A stretch of DNA of 64,000 nucleotides from Actinobacillus sp. (GCA_020026155.1 JAHHQX010000001.1:6087-70086), one strand, 5' to 3'; counted from the stretch's first letter, positions 22,583 to 34,706 are shown. Made by a program: numbers and translations. The notes: generated by a model not told the origin, from the letters alone.

Positions 22583-23290
22583 ATGCGATTAGATAAATTT
22601 CTGGCTGAAGCAACAGGCATGACGCGTTCGCAAGCGAGTAAAGTATTACGCCAAGGCGTTGTAACGGTTAACGATAAAATAGAAAAATCAGCCTCTGCGC
22701 AAGTGAGTGCAGAGGATCTCATTCAATTAGATGGTGAAACATTAGCATGGTATGAAGAAGGACATTATATCATGTTAAATAAACCGCAAGGCTATGTATG
22801 TAGTACGGACGAACGGGATTATCCAAGTGTATTGCAATTTTTCGATTATCCATTAGCGGGTAAATTGCATTGTGCGGGTCGTTTAGATGTTGATACCACT
22901 GGTTTGGTTCTTTTAACGGATGACGGTCAGTGGTCACATCGTATCACTTCACCAAAACATCATTGTGAAAAAACCTATTTGGTAACGTTAGCCGATCCGA
23001 TTGAAGAACATTATGTACAGGCTTTTCAAGATGGTATTCTTCTACGCGGAGAAAAAACACCGACGCAACCTGCCGTTTTAGAAGTGATTGATGATTACCA
23101 AGCGAACTTAACATTAACAGAAGGACGTTATCATCAAGTAAAACGGATGTTTGGTGCATTGGGCAATAAAGTGATTGGCTTACATCGTTGGCGTATCGGC
23201 AATGTAGTTTTAGATGAAAATCTTGAAGAAGGTGAATGGCGTGATTTAACTACTCAAGAGGGTGAAGTCGGAAATCCCACTTCAAAATAA
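22583..23290 (+). CDS. rsuA: 16S rRNA pseudouridine(516) synthase RsuA
   Basis: It has the S4 domain MRLDKFL..., the catalytic AGRLDVDTTGLVLLTDDG, and EGRYHQVKRMF. Confidence 0.9.
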   Translation: MRLDKFLAEATGMTRSQASKVLRQGVVTVNDKIEKSASAQVSAEDLIQLDGETLAWYEEGHYIMLNKPQGYVCSTDERDYPSVLQFFDYPLAGKLHCAGRLDVDTTGLVLLTDDGQWSHRITSPKHHCEKTYLVTLADPIEEHYVQAFQDGILLRGEKTPTQPAVLEVIDDYQANLTLTEGRYHQVKRMFGALGNKVIGLHRWRIGNVVLDENLEEGEWRDLTTQEGEVGNPTSK

Positions 23291-23291
23291 C

Positions 23292-23319
23292 ACGCCCCGA
23301 TTTTCGGTAAACTTTATGC
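23292..23319 (+). repeat. Copy of the dispersed intergenic repeat
   Basis: The sequence is acgccccgattttcggtaaactttatgc, immediately after the rsuA stop. Confidence 0.6.
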
Positions 23320-23346
23320 GATTTTTAGATAAATTCATGTAAGAGA

Positions 23347-23375
23347 AAAGGTGAGAGAAATCTCACCTTTTTTGC
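23347..23375 (+). terminator. Rho-independent terminator after rsuA
   Basis: The stem is aaaggtgaga / tctcaccttt with a 4-nt loop, followed by a T-run. Confidence 0.7.
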
Positions 23376-23574
23376 TCTATATGGAGTGAAACTATACAAT
23401 AATTGCAGATAAAAAAATAATGATTAATGTAAAAATCAGCAAATAATAGCAAAAAGTTTGAGCTAGATCTCAATATGGCTTTTTTCATTTTGAGTTCTAT
23501 AACAGAAAAATTTAAACTGCATGTAGTTTATTTATTATTCATAATTTATTTTATTTTTATTAAAGGAGCATACA

Positions 23575-24513
23575 ATGAAAGTCACACTTTTAGGGGCAGC
23601 AGGAGGCATTGGTCAACCATTAGCTTTGCTTTTAAAAACCCAATTACCAGCTGGAAGTGAACTTGCACTTTACGATATTTCACCTGTAACACCTGGCGTT
23701 GCAGTTGATGTAAGTCATATTCCAACAGAAGTAAAAGTGACAGGATTTTGCGGCGATGATTTAGCATTGGCGTTACAAGGTAGTGATGTTGTGGTGATTA
23801 CGGCTGGGGTAGCACGTAAACCAGGCATGGATCGCTCTGATCTTTTTAATATCAATGCGGGTATCATTAAAGATCTAGTTGAAAAAATTGCACAGGTTTG
23901 CCCTAAAGCTTGTACATGTATTATTACCAACCCCGTGAACACAACAGTTGCCATTGCAGCGGAAGTGCTTAAAAAAGCGGGTGTGTATGATAAACGTAAG
24001 CTTTTCGGTGTCACAGCGTTGGACGTGTTACGTTCAGAAACATTTGTTGCTGAATTAAAAGGTCTAGATGTATATCGTACGATTGTTCCTGTAATTGGGG
24101 GACATTCAGGCGTAACAATTTTACCATTATTATCACAAGTTCCTTACGTAGATTGGACCGAAGAAGAAGTTGCCACTCTTACTAAACGTATTCAAAATGC
24201 AGGTACTGAAGTTGTTAACGCAAAAGCAGGTGGTGGGTCAGCAACACTTTCTATGGCACAAGCAGGCGCAAGATTTACTTGTGCATTAGTAAAAGGGCTA
24301 CTCGGTGAACATACTGTAGCCTGTGCGTATGTAGAAGGTGACGGGCAATATAGCCGATTCTTCTCACAACCAATGCGTTTTGGCAAAGATGGTATTGCAG
24401 AACTGCTTCCGATTGGACGACTAAGTGAGTTTGAAGAAAAAGCGCTTCAAGCGATGCTACCAACCTTACATAAAGATATAGAATTGGGTGTGAAATTTAT
24501 CACTCAAGCATAA
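23575..24513 (+). CDS. mdh: Malate dehydrogenase
   Basis: The N-terminus [14 protein letters not shown], the motif [17 protein letters not shown], and IGGHSG are present. Confidence 0.95.
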   Translation: MKVTLLGAAGGIGQPLALLLKTQLPAGSELALYDISPVTPGVAVDVSHIPTEVKVTGFCGDDLALALQGSDVVVITAGVARKPGMDRSDLFNINAGIIKDLVEKIAQVCPKACTCIITNPVNTTVAIAAEVLKKAGVYDKRKLFGVTALDVLRSETFVAELKGLDVYRTIVPVIGGHSGVTILPLLSQVPYVDWTEEEVATLTKRIQNAGTEVVNAKAGGGSATLSMAQAGARFTCALVKGLLGEHTVACAYVEGDGQYSRFFSQPMRFGKDGIAELLPIGRLSEFEEKALQAMLPTLHKDIELGVKFITQA

Positions 24514-24520
24514 AAAGGAA

Positions 24521-24547
24521 AATCCTCAGCCACGCTGGGGATTTTTT
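24521..24547 (+). terminator. Rho-independent terminator after mdh
   Basis: The stem aatcctcag / ctggggatt contains one G-U pair and is followed by a T-run. Confidence 0.6.
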
Positions 24548-24670
24548 ATACGTGATTAAAAATCAAATGTATAAAATTTCCGCTTATCTTTAGGTTATCC
24601 TTTTAAGTAGTTAGGGGTTGCTTTATAATACACAGAATTTTGTAAGTTAAATTTAGAAAGGGGATTCAAG

Positions 24671-25387
24671 GTGGAAAAACCAATTTATAACCGTATTTTA
24701 TTAAAATTAAGTGGCGAAGCATTACAAGGTCCAGAAGGCTTTGGGATCGATCCAACAATTTTAGATAGAATGGCGTCAGAAATTAAAGAACTCGTAGAAA
24801 TGGGTGTGGAAGTTGGCGTAGTAATTGGTGGTGGAAACCTTTTCCGTGGTGCAAAACTTGCAGCAGCGGGGATGAACCGTGTGGTTGGTGATCATATGGG
24901 AATGTTGGCGACTGTAATGAATGGCTTAGCCCTTCGTGATGCACTATTCCGTGCCGATGTTAATGCAAAATTAATGTCTGCTTTCCAATTAACCGCAGTT
25001 TGTGATACTTATAACTGGGCGGAAGCAATTAAAATGTTGCGTGAAAAACGCGTAGTGATTTTCTCTGCAGGGACAGGTAACCCATTCTGTACAACAGATT
25101 CTGCTGCTTGTTTACGTGGTATTGAAATTGAAGCGGATGTTGTATTAAAAGCAACGAAAGTAGATGGAATCTACGATAAAGATCCTGCTAAATTTGATGA
25201 TGCAACCTTATATTCACATTTAACCTATGATGATGTCATTCGTAAAGAACTAAAAGTGATGGACTTAAATGCCTTTACTTTAGCGCGTGATCATCATCTT
25301 CCAATCCGTGTATTTAATATGGGTAAACCAGGCGCGTTACGCAATGTGGTTCTTGGGCGTGCAGAAGGCACTTTAGTAAGTGAATAA
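24671..25387 (+). CDS. pyrH: UMP kinase
   Basis: It has a GTG start and the motifs [10 protein letters not shown] and GGGNLFRG. It sits in the pyrH-frr synteny. Confidence 0.95.
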   Translation: MEKPIYNRILLKLSGEALQGPEGFGIDPTILDRMASEIKELVEMGVEVGVVIGGGNLFRGAKLAAAGMNRVVGDHMGMLATVMNGLALRDALFRADVNAKLMSAFQLTAVCDTYNWAEAIKMLREKRVVIFSAGTGNPFCTTDSAACLRGIEIEADVVLKATKVDGIYDKDPAKFDDATLYSHLTYDDVIRKELKVMDLNAFTLARDHHLPIRVFNMGKPGALRNVVLGRAEGTLVSE

Positions 25388-25410
25388 TATTTTTATAGAA
25401 GGAAAAAAAC

Positions 25411-25968
25411 GTGATTAATGAAATTAAATTAGATGCGCAAGACCGCATGGAAAAAAGTATTGAAACTTTTAAAAATCATATTGCTAAAATCCGTACTGGA
25501 CGCGCACAACCTAGTCTTTTAGATGGTATCCAAGTTGAATACTATGGTTCTGCAACCCCATTACGTCAACTTGCAAACGTTGTTGCTGAAGATGCACGTA
25601 CTTTAGCAGTAACTGTTTTTGATCGTAGTATGATTTCTGCAGTTGAAAAAGCAATTTTAACTTCAGATTTAGGCTTAAACCCTGCATCAGCAGGGACAAC
25701 GATTCGTGTTCCACTTCCACCATTGACTGAAGAACGTCGTCGCGATTTAATCAAACTTGTAAAAGCAGAAGCGGAACAAGGTAAAGTAGCGTTACGTAAT
25801 ATTCGTCGTGATGCAAATGACCAAGTAAAATCTTTAGTAAAAGATAAAGAAATCAGTGAAGATCAAGAACGCCGTGCACAAGATGAAATCCAAAAAATTA
25901 CAGATATGTATGTGAAAAAAGTGGATGAAGTATTAGCGGTTAAAGAAAAAGAATTACTTGATTTCTAA
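25411..25968 (+). CDS. frr: Ribosome recycling factor
   Basis: It has a GTG start and is 185 aa. The motifs [12 protein letters not shown] and RRD.N are present. Confidence 0.95.
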   Translation: MINEIKLDAQDRMEKSIETFKNHIAKIRTGRAQPSLLDGIQVEYYGSATPLRQLANVVAEDARTLAVTVFDRSMISAVEKAILTSDLGLNPASAGTTIRVPLPPLTEERRRDLIKLVKAEAEQGKVALRNIRRDANDQVKSLVKDKEISEDQERRAQDEIQKITDMYVKKVDEVLAVKEKELLDF

Positions 25969-25983
25969 TCATCCTTTTGAATT

Positions 25984-26010
25984 AGGACGCTTGCCTGAGC
26001 GTCCTTTTTT
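25984..26010 (+). terminator. Rho-independent terminator after frr
   Basis: The stem is aggacgct / agcgtcct with a 6-nt loop, followed by a T-run. Confidence 0.7.
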
Positions 26011-26041
26011 ATAATTTTTTAATTTATCTAGGAAAAAGAAT

Positions 26042-27235
26042 ATGCAACAGAACTTGGTTATTTTGGGTTCAACGGGGTCGATTGGGCAAAGTACCTTATC
26101 TGTGATTGAACACAATCCGATGCAATATCGTGCATTTGCACTGATTGGTGGTAAAAATGCGCAGAAAATGTTGGAGCAATGTATTAAATTTCAACCTAAT
26201 TTTGCTGCAATGGCAGATGAAGCTGCAGCAGAAGAATTAGCAAAAAATTTAGCGAAAATTGGGGCGTCAACAAAGGTTTTAAGTGGCGAACAAGCTATCT
26301 GTGACTTAGCTGCACATCCAGATGCGGATCAAGTGATGGCAGCGATTGTGGGGGCTGCAGGATTATTGCCAACCCTTTCAGCGATTAAAGCAGGTAAGCG
26401 AGTTTTATTAGCCAATAAAGAAAGCTTAGTAACTTGCGGGCAACTTTTCCTAGATGAAGTAAAGAAAAACAATGCACAACTCTTGCCAGTAGATAGTGAA
26501 CATAATGCAATTTTTCAATCTCTACCGCCAGAAGCACAACGTCAAATTGGATTTTGTCCGTTAAAAGATCTAGGTGTGAGTAAAATTGTCTTGACGGGAT
26601 CAGGCGGTCCGTTCCGTTATACCGATTTACAAGAATTTCCAAATATTACGCCCGAACAAGCTGTATCCCATCCTAACTGGTCAATGGGGCGTAAAATTTC
26701 CGTTGATTCTGCGACGATGATGAATAAAGGACTTGAATATATCGAGGCGCGCTGGCTTTTTAACGCAAGTGCTGATGAGATGGAAGTTATTATTCATCCT
26801 CAATCTATTATCCATTCTATGGTGCGTTATGTTGATGGATCTGTGATTGCCCAAATGGGAAATCCTGATATGCGTACGCCAATTGCGGAAACAATGGCCT
26901 ATCCAAACCGTATTTTCTCGGGTGTTGAGCCATTGGATTTTTATAAATTGAATGGATTGACCTTCTTAGCACCGGATTACGACCGCTATCCATGTCTAAA
27001 ATTAGCGATTGATGCGTTTGCCGCGGGACAATATGCAACGACCGCCATGAATGCTGCGAATGAAATTGCCGTAGCTGCCTTCCTAGATCGAAAAGTACGT
27101 TTCACCGATATTGCTAAAATTAATCAATATGTTGTAGAAAAAATTCAACCAACAGCAATTAAATCGGTAGAGGATGTGCTGACAATCGACAAAGAAGCAA
27201 GACAAATGGCAAAAGCATTCATTTCTACTTTTTAA
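26042..27235 (+). CDS. dxr: 1-deoxy-D-xylulose-5-phosphate reductoisomerase
   Basis: The motifs [23 protein letters not shown] and HPNWSMG are present. Confidence 0.95.
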   Translation: MQQNLVILGSTGSIGQSTLSVIEHNPMQYRAFALIGGKNAQKMLEQCIKFQPNFAAMADEAAAEELAKNLAKIGASTKVLSGEQAICDLAAHPDADQVMAAIVGAAGLLPTLSAIKAGKRVLLANKESLVTCGQLFLDEVKKNNAQLLPVDSEHNAIFQSLPPEAQRQIGFCPLKDLGVSKIVLTGSGGPFRYTDLQEFPNITPEQAVSHPNWSMGRKISVDSATMMNKGLEYIEARWLFNASADEMEVIIHPQSIIHSMVRYVDGSVIAQMGNPDMRTPIAETMAYPNRIFSGVEPLDFYKLNGLTFLAPDYDRYPCLKLAIDAFAAGQYATTAMNAANEIAVAAFLDRKVRFTDIAKINQYVVEKIQPTAIKSVEDVLTIDKEARQMAKAFISTF

Positions 27236-27275
27236 CCATTGTTTGCTTGTGGTATAGTTAGCCGCGAAAAATTTA

Positions 27276-28004
27276 TTGAGACAACAAATGCTACAAAACA
27301 AAACTTTAAACGTTCCGCAACACGTTGCAATTATTATGGATGGGAATGGTCGTTGGGCAAAACAAAAAGGCCGTATGCGAATTTTTGGACATAAGAATGG
27401 CGTTCGAGCTGTGCAAGAAGCCGTTCGTTATGCGACAAAGATGGGAGTTCGTGTATTAACTTTATATGCCTTTAGCAGTGAAAACTGGAATCGACCAGCA
27501 AAAGAAGTTTCTGCTTTAATGTTACTTTTTATGCAGGCATTAGAAAAACAAAGTCATGAATTACATAAAAATAATATTCGGTTGAAAATTATTGGTGATC
27601 GTTCACGTTTTAGTGAAAAACTACAAAATAAAATTCAGCAAGTAGAAAAATTAACTGAAAATAATACTGCACTAGTTTTGAATGTCGCGGCTAATTATGG
27701 TGGTCGTTGGGATATCTTACAAGCGGCTAAAAAATTAGCTATCGCATACGATGGTGGCAATGTTGCATTAGATGATGTAACAGAAGATGATTTTCAAAAA
27801 TATTTAGTGACGGAAGATGAACCGCCTGTCGATCTTTTGATTCGCACGAGTGGGGAACAACGCCTGAGTAATTTCTTACTATGGCAATCTGCCTATGCGG
27901 AATTATTCTTTACGGATGTCTTGTGGCCTGATTTTACAGAGCAGGTATTTCATCAAGCTGTACTAAACTTTCAACAACGAGAACGCCGTTTTGGTGGTTC
28001 CTAA
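27276..28004 (+). CDS. uppS: Undecaprenyl diphosphate synthase
   Basis: The motifs [21 protein letters not shown] and [16 protein letters not shown] are present. Confidence 0.95.
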   Translation: MRQQMLQNKTLNVPQHVAIIMDGNGRWAKQKGRMRIFGHKNGVRAVQEAVRYATKMGVRVLTLYAFSSENWNRPAKEVSALMLLFMQALEKQSHELHKNNIRLKIIGDRSRFSEKLQNKIQQVEKLTENNTALVLNVAANYGGRWDILQAAKKLAIAYDGGNVALDDVTEDDFQKYLVTEDEPPVDLLIRTSGEQRLSNFLLWQSAYAELFFTDVLWPDFTEQVFHQAVLNFQQRERRFGGS

Positions 28005-28018
28005 TCGAGGACTTTTTT

Positions 28019-28882
28019 GTGCTTAAAGATCGCGTTTTATCGGCAATTGCTTTATTAGCTTTTATTTTTGCCGCACTATTTTTATTCAATCCATTTTATT
28101 TCTCGCTAACTGTGGGGCTCGCCACTACGCTCGCTGTATGGGAGTGGACACAATTTGCAGATATCCGAAAAACGTTTTGGCGTCTGTTCGTTTCTGCAGT
28201 TTTTGGATGCTTCCTTTTTGTCTGGATCTATAGTTCCCAAAGCTATTTAAATGCAGGGCGTGTATTTATTAATTCTGCGCAACCTCTTCTTTTTATTGCC
28301 GTGATTTGGTGGTTAGTCGCGCTTTGCTTTGTCGTAACTTACCCAAAATCAGCTAAACTTTGGTCACATTCAACTTTTCTTCAATTTATTTTCGGTGGCT
28401 GTACCTTAGTACCTTTTTTTGTTGCCGTTTTAAAATTGCGTTTAGATGATTATCTCGTATCTTCTTCTCACGGTATCATTTTACTCTTGTATGTCTTTAT
28501 CCTTGTATGGGCGGCGGATTCTGGTGCTTATTTTGCGGGACGTGCCTTCGGTAAACATAAATTAGCGCCAAAAGTTTCTCCTGGAAAAACATGGGAGGGG
28601 GTACTTGGTGGTTTAATTAGTGCCGCAATTTTAGCTTTTGTATTTGTTAAATTTGTTGCAGGTAGTGCATTCCAAGTTCCTATGCATCAATTTATTTTAC
28701 TTTCAATCGTAACGGTTGCTGTTTCTATTTTAGGTGATTTGACTGAAAGTATGTTCAAACGTGATGTAGGCATTAAAGATAGTAGTCATTTAATTCCAGG
28801 TCATGGCGGTGTTTTAGATCGCATTGACAGTTTAGCGGCCGCTGTACCGTTTTTTGCATTCTTCTACTTCTACGTACTTTAA
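28019..28882 (+). CDS. cdsA: Phosphatidate cytidylyltransferase
   Basis: It has a GTG start and is polytopic. The CDS signature SMFKRDVGIKDSSHLIPGHGGVLDRIDS is present. Confidence 0.9.
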   Translation: MLKDRVLSAIALLAFIFAALFLFNPFYFSLTVGLATTLAVWEWTQFADIRKTFWRLFVSAVFGCFLFVWIYSSQSYLNAGRVFINSAQPLLFIAVIWWLVALCFVVTYPKSAKLWSHSTFLQFIFGGCTLVPFFVAVLKLRLDDYLVSSSHGIILLLYVFILVWAADSGAYFAGRAFGKHKLAPKVSPGKTWEGVLGGLISAAILAFVFVKFVAGSAFQVPMHQFILLSIVTVAVSILGDLTESMFKRDVGIKDSSHLIPGHGGVLDRIDSLAAAVPFFAFFYFYVL

Positions 28883-28899
28883 TTTAAAGGTAATAAATA

Positions 28900-30231
28900 A
28901 TGACGGTCGTGTGGTCTGTATTAGGATTTGTGGTAGCAATTAGTATTCTCGTTGCGTTTCATGAATATGGGCATTTTTGGGCTGCACGCCGTTGTGGAGT
29001 CAAAATTGAACGCTTTTCCATCGGTTTTGGAAAAGTGTTGTGGCGAAGAATGGGAAAATCTGGAACTGAATTTGCTATTTCAGCAATTCCATTAGGTGGC
29101 TATGTAAAAATGTTAGATGAACGTCAAGCAGACGTTCCAGACGCTCTGAAACCATACGCATTTAATAATAAAAGCGTATGGCAACGAATGTTTATCGTAA
29201 GCGCGGGTCCCATTGCAAATTTGCTCCTTGCGGTTGTTTTGTATGCGCTCGTTTTAATGATTGGTATACCAACGTTAAAACCCGTTATCGCAGAGCTCAC
29301 ACCACATTCTATCGCTCAACGAGCAAATTTACCCCTCAATACCCAAATTACAGCCATTGATGGTGAGCCAGTAGAAGACTGGAATGCAATAAATATGTTG
29401 CTTGCTTCCAAAGTAGGGGAAAAACAAATCGCACTCGCATTAACTTCGTTAACAGATAAACATACTATCCAGAGGAATTTAAATATCACTGGCTGGCAAT
29501 ATGATGCGGAAAAACAGTCTGCGTTTGATTCGTTAGGGATTAAACCAGTGATGCCAACTATCTACATGAAATTATCCCGTGTAGTAAAAGACTCACCGGC
29601 GGCTCGAGCAGGCTTGCAGGTTGGAGATAAATTAACACAGGTAGATGGTAAAGAAATTCAGTGGACTGATTTTCTCCATGAAGTAGCAAAAGGGAAACCT
29701 ATTGTAGTGGGTGTAAGCCGTAACAATGAACATTTTGAAACCGTAATTCATCCAGTAAAAAATGCAAAAGGGCATTTTATGGTGGGACTTGCACCATCAT
29801 CTCAGCCAGTCGGTGCAATATATCAAACGGTTCTACGTTCTAATCCATGGAAAGCGCTGAAACAAGGTGTTGAAAAAACGGTAAATTTATCATGGCTAAC
29901 CATTAAAGTGATTGGTAAACTATTAACTGGTCAATTATCAGCAAAAAATTTAAGTGGTCCAATTTCTATTGCGAAAGGCGCAGGCATGATGGCGCAGATC
30001 GGACTTGTTTACTACTTAAGTTTTTTAGCCGTAATTAGTGTTAATCTTGGTATTATGAACCTTTTTCCATTGCCTGTACTTGATGGCGGACATTTATTAT
30101 TTTTAATAATTGAAAGCATTAAGCGCAAACCTGTTTCGGAAAGAGTGCAGCAAATGGCTTATCAGATAGGGGCTATATTGCTATTAATGCTCACGGCTTT
30201 TGCTTTATTTAATGATTTATTACGTTTGTAA
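28900..30231 (+). CDS. rseP: Site-2 protease RseP
   Basis: The zinc motif HEYGHF, tandem PDZ regions and the C-terminal NLFPLPVLDGGH are present. Confidence 0.9.
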   Translation: MTVVWSVLGFVVAISILVAFHEYGHFWAARRCGVKIERFSIGFGKVLWRRMGKSGTEFAISAIPLGGYVKMLDERQADVPDALKPYAFNNKSVWQRMFIVSAGPIANLLLAVVLYALVLMIGIPTLKPVIAELTPHSIAQRANLPLNTQITAIDGEPVEDWNAINMLLASKVGEKQIALALTSLTDKHTIQRNLNITGWQYDAEKQSAFDSLGIKPVMPTIYMKLSRVVKDSPAARAGLQVGDKLTQVDGKEIQWTDFLHEVAKGKPIVVGVSRNNEHFETVIHPVKNAKGHFMVGLAPSSQPVGAIYQTVLRSNPWKALKQGVEKTVNLSWLTIKVIGKLLTGQLSAKNLSGPISIAKGAGMMAQIGLVYYLSFLAVISVNLGIMNLFPLPVLDGGHLLFLIIESIKRKPVSERVQQMAYQIGAILLLMLTAFALFNDLLRL

Positions 30232-30254
30232 GAGTATTAAGGGAAATTTTTGGT

Positions 30255-32654
30255 ATGAAAAAAATATTAGTAACCAGCTTGCTTTTAGGTTCGGCAACAA
30301 CATTTGCGTCACCTTTTGTTGTCCGCCATATTGATGTTGAAGGAATCCAGCCTGATGCGCAGGAAAGTTTTATTTCACATCTTCCAATTAAGCCGGGAAT
30401 TACACTAAATGAACAGGATATTTCTAATTTAGTGCGTCTTCTTTATTCTGAAGGATATGATGCACCGAGTGTACAACAATCTGGGAATGCCTTAAAAATT
30501 TCTGTTCAACCTCAATTGACAATTAATAAAGTCACTTTCTCTGGAAATAAATCTATTCCTGATGCTGCGATTAAAGATAATCTAAAAAATAGTGGGTTTG
30601 CGCAGGGGGATATTTTAAATCGAGCAAAATTAAATAATTTTGCGCAAGAAATGGTGAAATATTTCCAAAGCACTGGTCATTATAATGCGACTGTTACGCC
30701 AGAAATTACTCGTCTCCCTAATAACCGCGCAAACGTAAAATTAATCATTGATGAAGGGGATAAAGCCTTACTAGAATCCATCACTTTCCACGGCAATAAA
30801 GCTTTTAGTGCGGGCGATTTAGAGGATGAAATGAGCCTTTCTCCAACCGCATGGTGGAAATTATTCGGCGGAAAATTCGAAGAAGCAAAATTTGGCAAAG
30901 ATCTAGAGGCACTTCGTCAATTCTATCTCAATCATGGCTATGCAAAAATGCAGATTACGGGCACAGACGTTCAGTTTAATAAAGATAAAACTCAAGCGAA
31001 TGTGACGATTGATATTAACGAAGGCGAACAATACAGCGTTACGCATGCACAGATCGTTGGGGATCTCGGTGGCATTGCACCAAGCAAATTTGATGATACG
31101 CTAGAAGAAATTAAACTCGGCGAAACTTTCCGTCAAACCGATGTGAGTGCCGCAGAAGATAAAATTAAAGCTGTTCTTGGGAACCAAGGGTACGGTAAAC
31201 CTCAAGTACAAGTGAGTCCACAGTTTGATGATGCCAAGAAAACCATGACATTAACCTTTGTGGTGAATGCAGGTAAACGTTATACCGTGCGCGAAATTCG
31301 TTTTGAAGGTAATACTTCAACCTCAGACAGTACATTACGCCAAGAAATGCGCCAACAAGAGGGTAGCTGGCTTTCTTCTCAATTGGTTCAATTAGGGAAA
31401 GTTCGTTTAGACCGTACAGGTTTCTTCGAAACGGTTGATGCGCAGACTGTATCTGTACCAGGAAAGGATGACCAATTAGATGTGGTTTATAAAGTAAAAG
31501 AACGTAATACGGGTAGTGTTAACTTCGGGATTGGCTACGGTACTGAAAGTGGATTTAGCTATAATGTTAGTGTACAGCAAGATAACTTCTTAGGCTTAGG
31601 CTCATCTATTGCTTTACAGGGTTCTCATGACGATTATGGTAAAAATTTAAGTTTAACCTATAACGAACCTTATTTCACAAAAGATGGGGTAAGTTTAGGT
31701 GGAAGTATTTTCTATAATAAATACGACAACTCTTCTAATGATAACGTAGCAAGCTATAGTAAAACGAGCTATGGTGCGAACGGAACATTAAGTTTCCCTG
31801 TTAATGAGAATAATGCCTATTATATTGGTGTAGGTATTATCAAAAATAAACTTTACGATGTTGCGCCTGAATACCATCGTTGGCTTTATAAAGAGTCAAT
31901 GAATTATGGAGCATGGAACTTTAGTTCGTTAGATTATCCACTTTCTTTCGGTTGGAATTACAATAGTCTTGATCGTGGCTTCTTCCCAACATCGGGGGTA
32001 AGAGCAAGTTTCGGTGGACGTGTTATGTTGCCAGGATCAGACAACAAATACTATAGTTTAAATGCGGAAGCACAAGGGTATTATCCACTTGATCGCGATC
32101 ATTTATGGGTACTTCACGGTAAAGTATCAGCAAACTATGCCGATGGTTTTGGTGGACGCCGCTTACCATTCTATCAATATTATAGTGCGGGTGGTATCGG
32201 TAGCTTACGTGGTTTTGCTTATGGTGCCGTAGGCCCAACGGCTATTTATGCCCGTGGCAATCGTCAAAACTGTACACTAACTGAAAATAACAAAGGTCGG
32301 TATGACTTCTGTATGAAGAGTGATGATGTTGTTGGTGGTAATGCAATGGGTTTAGCAACTGCTGAGTTGATTATGCCAACACCATTCTTATCAGACAAAA
32401 ATCAAATTAACGTAAGAACATCTGTCTTTGTGGATGCGGCGAGCGTATGGGATACACATTGGAAAAAAGATGGTAAAATGTATAAGAATTTACCAGATTT
32501 CGGTGATCCATCTCGTATCCGTGCATCAGCAGGGGTGGCATTCCAGTGGTTTTCTCCAATTGGGTTATTGCAGTTCTCTTATGCAAAACCAATTAAGAAA
32601 TATGCTAATGATGATATCGAACAGTTCCAATTCTCAGTAGGTAGCTCATTCTAG
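30255..32654 (+). CDS. bamA: Outer membrane protein assembly factor BamA
   Basis: It has a signal peptide, POTRA repeats and an Omp85 barrel ending FQFSVGSSF. Confidence 0.95.
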   Translation: MKKILVTSLLLGSATTFASPFVVRHIDVEGIQPDAQESFISHLPIKPGITLNEQDISNLVRLLYSEGYDAPSVQQSGNALKISVQPQLTINKVTFSGNKSIPDAAIKDNLKNSGFAQGDILNRAKLNNFAQEMVKYFQSTGHYNATVTPEITRLPNNRANVKLIIDEGDKALLESITFHGNKAFSAGDLEDEMSLSPTAWWKLFGGKFEEAKFGKDLEALRQFYLNHGYAKMQITGTDVQFNKDKTQANVTIDINEGEQYSVTHAQIVGDLGGIAPSKFDDTLEEIKLGETFRQTDVSAAEDKIKAVLGNQGYGKPQVQVSPQFDDAKKTMTLTFVVNAGKRYTVREIRFEGNTSTSDSTLRQEMRQQEGSWLSSQLVQLGKVRLDRTGFFETVDAQTVSVPGKDDQLDVVYKVKERNTGSVNFGIGYGTESGFSYNVSVQQDNFLGLGSSIALQGSHDDYGKNLSLTYNEPYFTKDGVSLGGSIFYNKYDNSSNDNVASYSKTSYGANGTLSFPVNENNAYYIGVGIIKNKLYDVAPEYHRWLYKESMNYGAWNFSSLDYPLSFGWNYNSLDRGFFPTSGVRASFGGRVMLPGSDNKYYSLNAEAQGYYPLDRDHLWVLHGKVSANYADGFGGRRLPFYQYYSAGGIGSLRGFAYGAVGPTAIYARGNRQNCTLTENNKGRYDFCMKSDDVVGGNAMGLATAELIMPTPFLSDKNQINVRTSVFVDAASVWDTHWKKDGKMYKNLPDFGDPSRIRASAGVAFQWFSPIGLLQFSYAKPIKKYANDDIEQFQFSVGSSF

Positions 32655-32757
32655 TGAACTTTTTTATATTATTTACGTCTTAGTATACGTAAGGAGGTCT
32701 TTACCCCAGTGTAAAGCCGTATTTAAATGAGTAAACTTTAACCATAAGGATATTAAA

Positions 32758-33354
32758 ATGAAAAAAATTGCAAAATTAACCGCACTTACTTTAGTAGCAG
32801 GCTTAGCATCTGGTGTTGCAATGGCAGATGAAAATGTGGGTATTATTAATGTACAATATTTGTACTCTCATCACCCAGATCGCCAAGCTGCTTTTGAAAA
32901 ATTACAACAGGAATTCAAAGCACCTGCAGCAAAACTTCAAGCTCAAGAAAAACAATTCTTAGCAGCGAAAGAAAAATTCACAAAAGAAGTAGATACAAAA
33001 GTAAAAGCGTTAGAAAAAGCTGCACCAAAATTGACACAAGCTCAAATGAAACAACGTCAAGCAGATATCGCAGCATTTGCTAAAAAAAGCGAAGGTGAAC
33101 TAAAAGGTCTATATGAACGTTTACAATCAGCTTCAATGGCATTTAACGCAGAAAACCAACAAGCGGTTGTTGCAACTAATCAACGTCTTTTAAAAGAAAT
33201 TCAAGTAGCAACTGATAAAGTTGCACAAGAAAAAAAATACACCCTTGTATTAGATGAAAAAGCAGCAGTTTATGCGGCGAAAGGTAAAGATCTTACACAA
33301 GATGTATTACATGTTTTAGAATCAGAAACAAAAGCAAATACAAAGGCTAAATAA
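32758..33354 (+). CDS. skp: Periplasmic chaperone Skp (OmpH)
   Basis: It has a signal peptide, is coiled-coil and basic, and lies between bamA and lpxD. Confidence 0.85.
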   Translation: MKKIAKLTALTLVAGLASGVAMADENVGIINVQYLYSHHPDRQAAFEKLQQEFKAPAAKLQAQEKQFLAAKEKFTKEVDTKVKALEKAAPKLTQAQMKQRQADIAAFAKKSEGELKGLYERLQSASMAFNAENQQAVVATNQRLLKEIQVATDKVAQEKKYTLVLDEKAAVYAAKGKDLTQDVLHVLESETKANTKAK

Positions 33355-33357
33355 CGC

Positions 33358-34383
33358 ATGCAAATTTATTCGCTAAAGTCTTTAGCTGATAATCTCGGCA
33401 TTTCCTTTCGGGGAGATGCCGATTATTGTGTTGAGAGTATTGCTCCTCTCACATCAGCAAAAGCAAATCAATTAACTTTTATTTCAAATCAAAAATTCCG
33501 TTCAGAACTTGAAAAATCACAAGCGGGAATTATCGTTGTAACAGAAGATGACGTACCATTTTGCCGTGAGGATAGCAATTTATTAATTGCCAAAGATCCT
33601 TACCTCGCTTATGCAAAACTTGCACAACTTATGGATACTACGCCAAAATCTGCTGAGGGAATTCATCCAACTGCTGTTATTGCCAGTGATGCACACCTTG
33701 GAAATAATGTAAGCGTCGGTGCCCATGCGGTTATCGAAAGTGGTGCTAAAATTGGTGACAATGCTATTATCGGTGCAGGTTGCTTTATTGGAAAAAATTC
33801 AGAAATCGGCGCGAACACCCAGTTGTGGGCAAATGTTTCTATTTATCATAACGTGAAAATTGGCACCCAGTGTTTAATACAGTCTAGCACCGTTATCGGT
33901 GGTGATGGTTTTGGCTATGCAAATGAGCGCGGTCGATGGGTTAAAATTCCACAAACGGGTGGCGTTATTATCGGTAATAATGTTGAAATTGGCGCGTGTA
34001 CTTGTATTGATAGTGGGGCGCTTGATCCAACAGTGATCGAAGACAATGTGATTATCGACAACCTTTGCCAAATCGCACATAACGTACATATTGGTACTGG
34101 CACTGCGGTTGCTGGTGGTGTTGTAATGGCGGGAAGTCTTAAAGTAGGACGCTATTGCTTAATTGGTGGTGCGAGTGTTATTAATGGTCATATGGAAATT
34201 TGTGATCAAGTAAATATTACCGGAATGGGAATGGTTATGCGTCCAATCACTGAACCTGGCGTATATTCTTCGGGTATCCCATTACAAACCAATAAAGAAT
34301 GGCGTAAGACTGCGGCGTTGACAATGGATATCCAGTCGATGCATAAACGTCTTAAAGCGTTAGAAAAAAAATTGAAAGCATAA
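33358..34383 (+). CDS. lpxD: UDP-3-O-acylglucosamine N-acyltransferase
   Basis: It has left-handed beta-helix hexapeptide repeats and is 341 aa. It sits in the skp-lpxD synteny. Confidence 0.95.
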   Translation: MQIYSLKSLADNLGISFRGDADYCVESIAPLTSAKANQLTFISNQKFRSELEKSQAGIIVVTEDDVPFCREDSNLLIAKDPYLAYAKLAQLMDTTPKSAEGIHPTAVIASDAHLGNNVSVGAHAVIESGAKIGDNAIIGAGCFIGKNSEIGANTQLWANVSIYHNVKIGTQCLIQSSTVIGGDGFGYANERGRWVKIPQTGGVIIGNNVEIGACTCIDSGALDPTVIEDNVIIDNLCQIAHNVHIGTGTAVAGGVVMAGSLKVGRYCLIGGASVINGHMEICDQVNITGMGMVMRPITEPGVYSSGIPLQTNKEWRKTAALTMDIQSMHKRLKALEKKLKA

Positions 34384-34389
34384 ATTAAA

Positions 34390-34420
34390 GAAAAAACGGT
34401 ATCATGCGATACCGTTTTTT
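34390..34420. terminator. Bidirectional rho-independent terminator between lpxD and grxA
   Basis: The stem aacggtatc / gataccgtt is flanked by an A-run and a T-run. Confidence 0.75.
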
Positions 34421-34421
34421 A

Positions 34422-34679
34422 TTATTTATTAAGAAGTTGTTTCATCAACGCATCAAAATCAGTAAATCCACCAACATACATTTCATTCATAAAAATTTGT
34501 GGAACTGTACTTACTGGGCGACCTGCCATATCAGATAAATCATCTTTATCTAAACCAGCCACAATGATATCAATGTATTCATAATCGAAATCTGGCATTG
34601 TTGTTTTTAATTTTTCTGCAAGCGCTTTTGCTTTTTCGCAGTATGGGCAATTTGGACGACCATAAATTTTAACGAACAT
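34422..34679 (-). CDS. grxA: Glutaredoxin 1
   Basis: The 85-aa protein has the active site CPYC and the motifs TVPQIF and GGFTDF. Confidence 0.85.
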   Translation of the reverse strand: MFVKIYGRPNCPYCEKAKALAEKLKTTMPDFDYEYIDIIVAGLDKDDLSDMAGRPVSTVPQIFMNEMYVGGFTDFDALMKQLLNK

Positions 34680-34706
34680 AGTTGTTCTCCTTTAATGTTT
34701 TAAATA